Origin: Amoebidium appalachense
Lineage: Eukaryota; Protista; Ichthyosporea
DNA length: 64,000 nucleotides
Assembly (NCBI GenBank): GCA_963693365.1
Contig: CAVNZM010000011.1
Location: forward strand, 2,092,989 to 2,156,988
Reading direction: 5' to 3'
Position numbers and translations under genes: made by a program. Shown here piece by piece: positions 29,730 through 64,000 of this stretch; within the stretch, counting starts at the first letter, position 1, and each line of letters starts with the position of its first letter. The notes under the pieces are model-generated. The model ran no database searches and was not told the origin of the DNA. It saw only the letters and a program-made list of their open reading frames with translations.

Positions 29730-30594
29730 CCCCATCCCCACAAAAGCCCGAACACACAACAGAATTCGAAATACACATCTCTCATTCTGGCCATCCCACC
29801 TCCCTCCCTCTCTCCACGTGTAGACACATGCGTGTTTAGCGCATGAGTGTGCCTGTGTGATAAAAAACAACCAGTTCTGTGCCAGGACTCAAGATTTTCA
29901 AGAGAAGTGTACCATAAACAAACAATTGTAAAATCCCATTAGATACGAATAATGTACCAGACACATACATATACCTGAGAAACCAGATTTGTAACACCCC
30001 ATCCCGCAATAGCCAATTGTGTTCCAGCGATTTCAAAAGCCGAATCAGTCGGGTAAGCCAATCTAATCGGAGCCAGCTTAACTGGCCGATAGAGCTTGAT
30101 CGGTGCAATGTCATTTTTAAAGAAATCGGTCTCTCCCCCGTACTGGGGGTGCACCTGGTAGTCCAAGATTTCAACCCGCTCGCCCTTTTGTGTAGTTCGT
30201 GAGGTCCGCGCCTCCGATTTGCACCTGTGTGAGACAAAGGTTAGAGGGAGACAAGAATGGAGGGAGATGGGGGTGGGTGGGTGGGTGGGTGGGGGGGGGG
30301 GGGGGGGAAGAGAGAGGGAGGGTTTGAAGGGGAAGGGGAAGGGGGGAAGGAGGGTAGGTGGGTGGGTGGGTGGGGGGGGGAGGGGGGGAGGGGGGAGGGG
30401 GGGGGGAGGGGGAGGATACTCGAATCTTCACCTGCTACCAATCTCCATTGTTAAAAGAAAAAAGTAACCCTCCTCCCCCCTCCCCCTCCCCCTCCCCCCC
30501 ACCCACATCATCATCATTATATAGGGGGACAAAAAAGGGAAACCGCAGAAGCAAGTGTGGGTAGGTGGGTGGGTGGGTGGGGTGGGGGTGGGGT

Positions 30595-30634
<40 letters not shown>

Positions 30635-31156
30635 TTACCATTTCGTAGAAAATGTTCTCGGGGTCGATGCAGTGGGCAGCCGTCAGGACCCACTGGAGGG
30701 ATATGAGGGTGCCCCCACAGTAGTGGTACCAGGCCCCATCCTCCCCCACAAACCCGATAGACACCATCCATGATCGGTCCGTGATGGCATGGCCACCAAT
30801 CACACGCATCTGTTAAAAATTAATGGTAAGTGGCAGTTTGGGTTGCCATTTGTATTTCTCTGTTGTCACGCTTAACAGTTGTCAATCTGTTGCACGTCTA
30901 GCAGCTTCTGTGGGTGCTCACAGGCATCAAAGGGAGATGCAGAGAAATCTTGATTCTCGGAATGAAGGATGCATCAAAAAAGAAAATGCGCAAGCAGACA
31001 ATGCAAATCGGCGGGCCAGCGACCAAGGGACGAGGGAAAGACACAAGCACATGTATTCTTGCTTTAGGAGGTTGAAGTGCGTGGTGTGTTGTGGTGGTGG
31101 TGGTGGTGGTGGTGGTGTGTGTATGTGTGTCTGTATGCTTGTGTGTTTTTGTGTGT

Positions 31157-31216
<60 letters not shown>

Positions 31217-31217
31217 T

Positions 31218-31269
<52 letters not shown>

Positions 31270-31601
31270 GAGGGGTGCACCTGTAGAAGAAAAACCGTCA
31301 GAGTAGAGCAACACCATCAGTAAAACCAGACAACGATGTGTAAAGGACACAAAGCGCACATGCTTTAGAAATGAAAGACGGGCAGGCAGTACAAGGCATC
31401 AGTGAGGGGTCCTGACTATTCCGAATCCCAATGAAGAGGGCCACAAGCAGATAAATACGAACAAAAAACAAAACTAGAGATATGGCAGACCCTAACCAAT
31501 TTGGCGCAAGAGGGTTATGGTGTGTGCATGAGTAGGCGAGACGACATGTGTTTTTCATTAAATTTTTATTAACTGGGGGTATTTATTTTTTGTTTTCTGT
31601 T

Positions 31602-31661
<60 letters not shown>

Positions 31662-32016
31662 TTTTTTTTTTTTTTGGGGGGGGGGGGGGGGAAGGAGGAG
31701 GATAGGGGGAGAGGGAGAAGAGGTTTGTGTGTGTGGGGGGGGGGGGGGAGAGGGAGGGAGAGAGAGGGAGGGAGAGGGGGAGAGGGAGGGAGAGAGCTTC
31801 GGGGGGGACCGGGGGAAGAGGGAGAAAGAGGGAGATACAGACAACGAGAGGGAAGGAGAGGGAGAGAAGAGAAAGAGAGAGAGAGGGAGAGGGGGGGGGG
31901 GGGAGGGAGATAAAGAGGGAGAGAGGGGGGGGGGGGAGAGATAGAGAGAGGGATAAGGGCGGGGAGGAGGTGGGCGAGAGAGAGAGCGAGAGCGAGAGAG
32001 AGAGAGAAAGAGAGAG

Positions 32017-32079
<63 letters not shown>

Positions 32080-32395
32080 GAACAAAGCGAGAGTGCAAGA
32101 TAAGACAGCTAGAGAAGAAAGTGAGACAGCATCATATTGATTGCTTTACATGACATACCCCAACGCCCGTAGTGGTTGTGGTGCCTGGTGCCGTGGTTGT
32201 TGTAACGTAATTCTTTTTTACATATCTGACGGGTGACCATGGCCCACTAGCAGTGAGTTTTGCCCCGTTGACTGTGGCATTAACCTGCCCCTGTTCCTGG
32301 CCCAACAACACACACAGTAGGAGAAGCCCAGTGTAGAATAGTCCACATGGTGTGACCCCACGGGTGCGGGTGTTTTAATACGAAGGAACGACCAT
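27097..32395 (-). CDS. Secreted trypsin-family (S1A) serine protease with Thr-rich mucin-like C-terminal tail; possibly a pseudogene
   Basis: Exons (minus) 32395-32159, 30809-30639, 30224-29975, 29310-29125, 28672-28055, 27300-27097. Signal-like GLLLLCVLLG, activation site R|VIGG, CGGTLIS..WVLTAAHC (His), NDIA (Asp), DACYGDSGGP (Ser) and GIISFG..C...FPGVYTRVS. There is an in-frame TAA at 32377-32375 and a +1 frameshift at ~30183-30189. Confidence 0.88.
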
Positions 32396-33797
32396 TTTCT
32401 TGGTTCGATAGATGACTGCGTCTGGATAGATGTGCAATTTGGTTGCCTCTGTGTTGGTATTCGATCATTACTGAGATGGGATGCAACTTGAAAAACAAGC
32501 AATATGCCCACAAGGATTAGTCAAGGACCTGCACGGAGTATATCTCAGAGGTGCAAAAAAAAAAAAAAGTACCACATGCCTTAGGCTCAGCCACGCTTGT
32601 CTAGAAGAACGTGCTTTGTGCTATGCGGCCTAAGTGCATATTGCAGACATCAGTGCAACTGTGCTACGACTGAGATACAGTGCAACGTGCAGGATTATCT
32701 CATGACTGCTAGAAATGGTGTTTGCATGTACATGTCCATGAGCGAGTTACATGTCCACTCGGTGAGCAAGTTACAATTAGTCCGAACCGTGTGGTTTTGA
32801 CGAAACATAAAAGAACGCGCGCACACCATTTTATTTAGTGACACCCACCCCCACACACATTGTTATCCATAAATACACATAGTCAACATCCTCGCAAAAA
32901 ACAAGTCTTTGAATATGTACGAACGCTGCGCTTAAGACCTCCCCTGTCATGCACAAGCAAGCATTGAGAACTTGGAAAACAAAACACGACCCAAAGACAA
33001 CACGGGGCACACGCACAAGAATCTGCATCTGCCCAAATAATGCAGCCTCCAATTGTTTTGTGCTTCCTTGCATCATGATGCGATTTCTCAGTAACTGAGT
33101 TCAGGAATTCGGCAGAGAGCATATGATGATGGTATTGATCTGACCACATGAACCCCATAGCTGCTCTGCTGGCTCAACCTTTTATATATAATAACGGCTA
33201 CTGCGCACAACGCTGGGTCTAGGAGAAGCACCGGGAAAAAAATAGTGCCATCAACACCAAGGGAGAGCGCTCGGGTTGATTTTTTTTTTTTCCCACTAAG
33301 AGGAAGTGATGCATGGGCTCTGAAACTCTCATGTGCTGTTGCTCGTGTCCTGGGCAGCGTCATTGGCTATCTGGGATAAGGTGGCCTGCTCTACTTTTCA
33401 GGCACATAGTACTCTTGAAAAAACCTCTCACACGTAACGTGCACAGGGGTGAGATATATTCCCGGAAGACCTTCGCTGTTTGCGCAGAACAGAACACACC
33501 GCGCCAGTATTGTGCAGGTACACACACCACACAGGTGTGGTCATTTCTTGAAGCAGGACGTTCATGTTCGTTGCTTCGTTGGTCCCCCTGGAATAAACAA
33601 ATAAACTCTGGAATCCAGCGCAATTAACCATGTCTTATTAGGAGCACTTCGCTTATTCGGCACCTGAGGCCCTACACAAATGTATATTTCACTTTTTAAA
33701 TGTTCTATTGGGTTTATGTATTTATCGGTATCCCTTGTATGATGGCACGTATTTAGGTGGAGCTTGGTTTCGAAATGAAGGGGCTTGATACCATGGT

Positions 33798-34242
33798 ATG
33801 TTTAACGAGTTTTCTAGGGTGTATGATTATTTAAGTCGTTATCTCCTCCGTATCCGAGAGTGAGGGCTTTTATATATTTTCTTTTCCGAGATCTCCGAGA
33901 TATCGGTGATATCTCGATGGCTTCTATTTTGCTGAGCATATCAATAAAGTCATTATAAAAAAATAAAAAAATAGTTTTTTATCCCTTGTTTTTGGGGACC
34001 CATTTTCACGTTCCTCCTATACCACATTCAGGAATGCAATATTACACTAGCTGGCAATGTGAACACTTTAGACTTTTTGTTGAATTCTGTTGGTCGTCAC
34101 ATTGAGTATTTATATGATTTTCACACAGTGTTCAGGTATCTCAGTATGCACTTGTTACTGGATAACTCGTGAAGTTTTTATTGTCTTCTCCGTATGCCGT
34201 GCATACTTGCATATCTTTCCGTTGAATAAATCCAGTCAAAAG

Positions 34243-34275
<33 letters not shown>

Positions 34276-34454
34276 TGCATGGCCACGATACTTTTATTTT
34301 ATTTTATAATGACTTTATTGATATGCTCATGAAAGAGAAGCAAGCCGGATATATCACAGATATCTCAGAGAAGAAAATATAAAAACCCCTACTCACGGAT
34401 ACGGAGGAGATAACGACTCAAATAATCATACACCCTAGAAAACTCGTTAAACAT
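33798..34454. mobile_element. MITE-like non-autonomous DNA element with ~110 bp imperfect terminal inverted repeats
   Basis: atgtttaacgagttttctagggtgtatgattattt.agtcgttatctcctccgtatccg (33798-~33906) is mirrored by its reverse complement at ~34345-34454. The interior is AT-rich and non-coding. No clear target-site duplication was seen. Confidence 0.7.
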
Positions 34455-36285
34455 CACGGTGGTTTAACAGATAGTCAATAGAAGTAATATCAGGATTATC
34501 TAAATAAGCTAGTCTTCGAATTTCTAACGGAAGAATCTGAGATAAATAAATACATTTATCTAGATGTTTGCGAGAAAAAGGTTCTGCACAAAAGTGACAC
34601 AAACATTTATGGAAACTATGGTTACAACGCCAAAATAAACATTTCCAAGCAATATCACACGAAGGGGTTAGAATGGCAAAATCGGCAAGTGTGGTAGGTT
34701 TACGAGAGGAAGGATGAATATAAGTAGCTAATTTACATAACGATTGTAGAGAAAATAGACGAATCTCTAATATAAAAAGAAGCACAGGCTCAAGAGTCCT
34801 ACCATGATACTCTTTATCACAACGATGAAGCAAAGGATATTGAGTATGAAACCAAGTAACATACTGCTGATAAATAGGGGAAGAGAAAAATAAAGGAGAT
34901 TAAAAGGATATCTCTGAATGGGAGATAGATTGGGTACAGGACATTTCGCACGAACATTAGAAATGGAAACAAGGTCTAAAGAAGGAAAGAATTGCAACAA
35001 AGGATGATAAGAAGGAAGCCTAACCAAATGAAAACAAAAGCGAAGGCCTAACTCATTCATACCCTGACTCGCCGCAGGGAGACCAAAAACATTGGGTACA
35101 GGACATTTCGCACGAACATTAGAAATGGAAACAGGGTCTAAAGAAGGAAAGAATTGCAACAAAGGATGATAAAAAGGAAGCCTAACCAAATGAAAACAAA
35201 AGCGAAGGCCTAACTCATTCATACGCTGACTCGCCGGAGGGAGACCAAAAACACTCAGCAAAGGAGCCCCCAGAGGATGCCTACGCGAGGTCCGAGAGAT
35301 GAACTGGATGAATTCACGCTGAAAGGAATCGAATTCCCGAAGCGCCGCGCGCTGTTGCCGTGGAGGGGCACACAAGAGTAACGGGAGGCCATATTCGAAA
35401 CATGGACGAAGAAAAACTTTATAAAGAGTGAGCAGAGTAGCAGGATAGACATTAGAAATACTTATGAAAATGCCTTGATAGATGTCTAAACGACCACGCG
35501 CACGGGAAATGCGTGAAGTCAAAAGGCGCTTAATGCAAATACCCTTAGAGGTGAAAGGAATACCTAAATAGTCATAGGAGGACACAACTGGGATAGGTTG
35601 ATTGTTCAAAGTGTAGTGTGCATGGGGAGAAAAGGTGCCGCATTTATCTATCCCAATTTTCATGAAATATCGGAAACACCAATCATCTACTCGAGAAAGC
35701 ATGGTAGTCATAATAGAAGGATCATGAGTGACTAAAACAATATCATCAGCGAAAAAAAGGCCGGAAACACAAGAGCCGCCTGCAACGGGAAATTGTTGAA
35801 TTTCTACCGCTAAGTCGCCAATAAAAACGTCAAAAAGGAGGGGACTCAAAAGTGAGCCCTGTAAAAGGCCTCGTGTACGACTGAATCCGTTACTCAGTAT
35901 CCCATTCACAACGGCAGCCCCATGGGTGCGGTCAAATAACGCCTGAAGTAGTCGACCAAAGGGAAGTGGGAGCCCTCGAGTCGCCAACTAATGCCAAAGC
36001 AAATTCGTCGGAACCGTCTCGTAGGCATTCTTAAGGTCGATGAAGCAAACCTTGCGACATCCCGAACGGATACTGTCGTGTAAAAGAAGAGCATGAGTAT
36101 AGCACGAATAAGCATGCCGAAACCCGCCCTGAATGTTGCTTAATCGAAATACATTGGATAAGGTCTCATGCTTGTGGAAGGCGCGCAATATGCAGGACTC
36201 GAATAGGCGACGAAATATGTTGGTTAAGGTGACTGGCCGAAAAGAAGAAATCGGACCAGTAGAGACCTTCTCACGATACTTTGAT
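34455..36285 (-). mobile_element. 5'-truncated, decayed non-LTR retrotransposon (reverse transcriptase plus C-terminal zinc knuckle)
   Basis: RT motifs SFRPVTLTNIFRRLFE, QGGFR, CFIDLKNAYETV, RGLLQGSLLSPLLF, LFFADDIVL and YDYLGI. C-terminal CHFCAEPFSRKHLDKC knuckle. Premature TAG at 35988-35990 and a frameshift before the last segment (34447-34833). Confidence 0.9.
34929..35252 (-). repeat. 162-bp in-frame tandem duplication inside the retroelement ORF
   Basis: attgggtacaggacatttcgcacgaac begins at both 34929 and 35091. The peptide VFGLP.ASQ.MNELGLRFCFHLVRLP..KCPVPN occurs twice. Confidence 0.9.
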
Positions 36286-36798
36286 TAGTGTGCATTTTTG
36301 AGTTCAGCCTCCCATTTAGCTGCAGTATTACAGCTTGCGTTATGATAGCAAAAAGGATTTGTTTGCGTACTTGTTGCATCGTAATTATAAGTTACCACTG
36401 AGTTTGTTTTCTAGAAAAGTATGATATATACCTATGCGTATCCTGAGACTCTCCGGGCACAAAAACTAGCCTAGTGAGGCTGTGTACTTGGTCTACAGCT
36501 ATTAGCACATAAAGTCTAATAGACATTATTTAATCTAATTTACAAGCACTAACGGCTAAATCTAGTTATTACAGGTCTGAATATGCATATACGATTTATA
36601 AAGCACTTTCAATATTACAAAACAACATTTCTCACTTGTTCTAATTATCAAAAAAATTTAAGCCCCCCCGGATCACATGATTGTACACATACCGGCACAA
36701 ACACACACACACACAGTGTACACACACACACACACAAACGCACACACACACCCACACACACGCACGCACACACACACCCTGCACACATGTGTCACACA

Positions 36799-36855
<57 letters not shown>

Positions 36856-37372
36856 CATACCCTGCACACACGTGTCACACACACAGACTTGTTGTCATCA
36901 CGATGACGCCCAAAGTCATCACCCGTATGCCTTTGTGAACCTGAATTAATGACCCAACTGAACCTGTACTACTACTTCGTATCTTGTAGAAGAGGCTGAC
37001 ACCCTCACCAGGCCATACACCTTAAACTAACTCGTTTATTTCATCGCTGATCATGACCTAGTTTTTAGCCCGTCCTTTCTTAGGATGATCCCAAACAGCA
37101 TCTGCATACGCTGAACAAGTTGTCCAAATCCCATATGAAATAGCCAGCCATTCGTAAATCACCATATTTTTTGAATCACTATCCTAGTGTGTAATCATCG
37201 GTTCACGAGAAACTATTTCTAAATCTGAATCATTCTAATGTTCATTGTCGCCAGTGGCACCGTTTTTACATGAGAGATAAGGAAATCATATCAATGCCAT
37301 CTACAGTTACTGGAAAAAAAAAAGCAAAAAAAAAAAAAGTCAATACTCAAGCGGTTGACTGTATCTCACAAC

Positions 37373-37419
<47 letters not shown>

Positions 37420-37979
37420 AGCCTTCGTGGTCTGCTTCAAACAGAGTCGTATTCGCTAACACCTTCACAAATCCGAAAAAGTTTTACAAAAACCTTCCGT
37501 TAACAGGATGATTGTTGGTTTTGCATACAGTCTGACCAACGGAGCGTGACGTAAAGACTACTGCAACGCGCCATGATGTATTTCCATGTTAAAGCGTCGA
37601 CGTTGGCCAAACAGTAGGATTCTAACCTGTTCACTAAAACCCTTCTAGGCTAGAAAAAAGCTATGTACCGGTGCTGCCGTTAATCTTACATAGGTTAATT
37701 CCTCGGCATGCACTGTGATGCACAGGCCCGGGAGAAAAAGGCCGGCTCATTCATGAGGTTTGTGCTTGTGACGCTGTGTGTGCGTGCACGTGTGTGTGCT
37801 TGTTTGTTTGTTTGTCTTTGTGTGTGTATGTGTGTGCGTGTGTGTGTGTGTGTCGGTGGTGATGGTGGTTGTTTTTTTTGGGGGGGAGTGGGGGGGGAGG
37901 GGGGAGGGCTGGGAGGAGGGGTCGGGGGGGAGGGGAGGGGGGGGGGGGGGGGGGGGGAGGAGAGGGGGTAATTACAGTT

Positions 37980-47908
<9,929 letters not shown>

Positions 47909-49480
47909 CTACAAAGAGAAATGAACACGTGAGATTATGTGTGCATGGGTATATTGATGGATACATGCCAAGATCTCGCTAATACAGCCCTTTATGCCAC
48001 ACCCGGCCTGTACCTTGTATGCATGATTCTTTACCTCCCAGCTTGCTCCCGGCAAACCAATAAATAATCCGACTATACCACCCATACTTGAACATATAAC
48101 TATCATGCCACAGATGTGATCTCCCCACCCAATCCTCATAATCTCCCCATGGTCGACCTTACCTTCTTGGTCTGTGCTTGTTTGGTTTTTATCTTCACAT
48201 GGCATATCTTAATACTATGAACTGCATGACCACTCTCCTATATATGTGTGTGTGCGTGTGTGCGTGTGTGCGTGTGTGCGTGTGTGCGTGTTCATGTCTC
48301 TGTCTCTCTCTCGCTCCGGCGCTCGAGTCTCCGTGACTCCCGTTCCCCGGGCGGTCTTTTTCGAACAGTGACTGAGTGAATGAATCTGCCAGGTCCTGTT
48401 CAGCCGTCTGCTGTCATTATATAGTCGGTTCAAAGTGTATGTTGATGGTGATTGGTGATCTGGATTCCAAATACATGTGTTGCATGTTATTTACATGATA
48501 TTATAGAACTAAACGATTTAGTAAATAAAGTCTAAATATAACTCTCATTTTAATATGGTCTTTTAGTCTGTTTAGCATTCTTGATTGGATCCATCTATAA
48601 CTTTGAATTTGCCAACAGCTAAACTTGGTTCAAAGTTTCAAACAGACCCCAATCATCATGTATGAAGTTGACCCGGATCATCATGTCTGACTTCGTAAAA
48701 GTATTTTGTGAACTCTGTGTTTATAAACTTGTGACTACATAAGCCTGTATAACTAACGTACATACCGTTACATACGTATGCACACACTTTTTCGAGCAAT
48801 AATTATCCCCCCCAGGGGCTATGATGCATGGATGCAGACACCTTGCAGCACCTCGTACATGTACATATATGATCAGTGTGATCATCAAGGACGGCATGGT
48901 GTGCAAAGCATGCATGGGGAACAATCCCTTAGGTCTGAGCCTTCCTCCCCAAGCTTCCGAAATGTTTTACATTACACACACATATATACTCGGCCTGGGA
49001 AGTACGGATGTGCACAACGAAAACAGTGATAGAGTAATTACGTGCAGAAACTTCATACCGTATACTTGGAGCGACCACAGGTCAACGGCATTTTTTCCTA
49101 CTTTTTTTAATCGTTTTTTGGAAACTTTTAAACTTTTGCTGTTGTGTTATGTAAACCATTTTTGGTCTACGTTGTTGTTTTATAAGAACGTTTACCTTTT
49201 TTGCTCTACATATACATACACGAATAGTGTCACTGACTGCTTGATTACACGAACAGTGTCACTGACTGCTTGACAATTGACGCACTATGTACAGTCCTAT
49301 TAATTCTCAACTCTACTGTACATAAATACACTGCCTCGGGAAAAAATGTCAACACATTCAGTATAAAAAACAAATTCAAAATTCATATTCTGTATCGGTT
49401 GCAAAAAATGGTGGAGACTCATAGAGAAAAAGCCATTCGCTCGTTCTTCGGAAAAGCCTTCAAGAACAACCAGGGCTGCC

Positions 49481-49523
<43 letters not shown>

Positions 49524-49543
49524 ATACCCACATACATTCCTCC

Positions 49544-60599
<11,056 letters not shown>

Positions 60600-61746
60600 G
60601 GTGAAGGATGGTGATCGGGTAAGAGTGTTGAACTTTTGTGAATGTGTTAAGGGATGCACAGCTTCATGTGGTATAGTATCAATAGCGTGCTTACAACTAA
60701 CAAAGAAATACGGGTTTAGAACGCAGCGGTGGTCTATGGTTTGCTTTGGTTAGTCTAGTGCTGGTGAGTGCGAACAGAAGCTGATCTTGGCGTGGTCACT
60801 GGTTGGCTAGAACATTTGCTTTGTTTAACATGTGTGATGCACTGTGTGCATGACGCTAAGTGTAAAGAACAAGACGCATGACCTGCACGTTACAGCCCGT
60901 GCACGTCACCTTGTGGATGTCTCTGTGTTTCTTATGAGGTATGTTGTGTTTTGAACAAAGCAACGTGGTCGTGCTTTTCGCACTGGGCGACAGGCAGGGC
61001 GCCCTGCCAGTTTGCTTATGTCTGGACAACACAGCCTCTACACGCAGCAGTGCTTGCGCTAATTCAATCCTCTAACTGGCGGAAAAAAGTCTCCGGTGGG
61101 TATCCTCTTGTGTGTAGTGAATGCTAAGGTGTGATCACTCACTTAGCTAACGTGCACCTGCACAACCCGCCATGCACACACAAGAAAGCAACTTTGTTTG
61201 CTCCGACCGTGTGATCTTAAGAACAAAACCAATCAAGTTTGAGTGTATGAGAAACTAGATAAGCTTTCTGCCTACACAGTACACACCTTAAGCCTACACA
61301 AATGGAGCGCAACAACTTGTGCGTCAGTTTGTCACGTTCGAAGATAACACAGCCTGCTGCGCACATGGAAACCAAGGAATGCAGAAAGGCATTCGGGAGA
61401 TAAAACAGAAATTAGCTGTATTTGGCTACACGTCCTACTTTGCCATTGGCTGGAGTCCCTCACTTGCCAAGGTCACCACCAGCCTGTGTCGCCTCAGGGG
61501 CGGATGGTTCACGGGCGGGTTTGTGGCTCTGGGGAACGGGCCTGGGTTGGGTTGGGTTTGCCCCTGCCGCGGACGGTTGGGTGTTGGTTTTTTCCTCTGT
61601 TGGCGCCGGGTCAGCCCGCGGGTTTCATGATATGCTCAGTCAACAGATCTGCCACGTGCACTACCGTATTGCATGGCACTAGCCATTATCTGTTTCACGC
61701 CGTGTTGCTGCTATTCATGTGTTATAATGATGATTGCATGGAGACT

Positions 61747-63910
<2,164 letters not shown>

Positions 63911-64000
63911 TGATTATCATGGCATATATATACAGTCTGAGCTTGTTATCATGCACCGCGTAGGGTTCCTCGTCCTCTGTCATACCTGTGCAGCCCAAAT

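Noticed and set aside
32218-33631. Short ORFs upstream of the protease and at 26367-26600
   Set aside because: No recognisable motifs or consistent splice structure, apart from the protease first exon, which is in a different frame.
48161-48205. MPCEDKNQTSTDQE mini-exon as the first coding exon of GDAP2
   Set aside because: Its GTAAG donor is phase 1, whereas the exon at 47908 is open in phase 0. It is more likely UTR or a uORF.

Overview
Intron-rich eukaryotic DNA, not prokaryotic. The gene set (TOLLIP, GDAP2) and compact spacing suggest a holozoan, possibly a unicellular animal relative; this is inference only. Nearly all ORFs in the six-frame track are translations of (CA)n/(GT)n/poly-C/poly-G/(GA)n tracts inside introns. 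Splicing exons by hand at GT-AG sites gives six multi-exon genes: MED17 (+, 117-9937), TOLLIP with TBD-C2-CUE domains (+, 11555-17599), MAF1 (+, 19089-~24871), a trypsin-family serine protease with a Thr-rich tail (-, possibly disrupted), GDAP2 (-, 37980-47908) and a CLC-6/7-type Cl-/H+ exchanger (-, ~49544-60599). There is also a decayed non-LTR retrotransposon abutting a MITE-like inverted-repeat element, and a decayed orphan ORF region at the right end. The most unusual signals are intronic. (1) A divergent ~130-370 bp element family with conserved short motifs and hairpins occurs about ten times, only in introns, always sense to the host gene and usually ending in poly-C. (2) Introns are polarized: acceptors are often (CA)n-CAG or poly-C with no U-rich tract, and G/GT tracts tend to lie 5' of complementary C/CA tracts.
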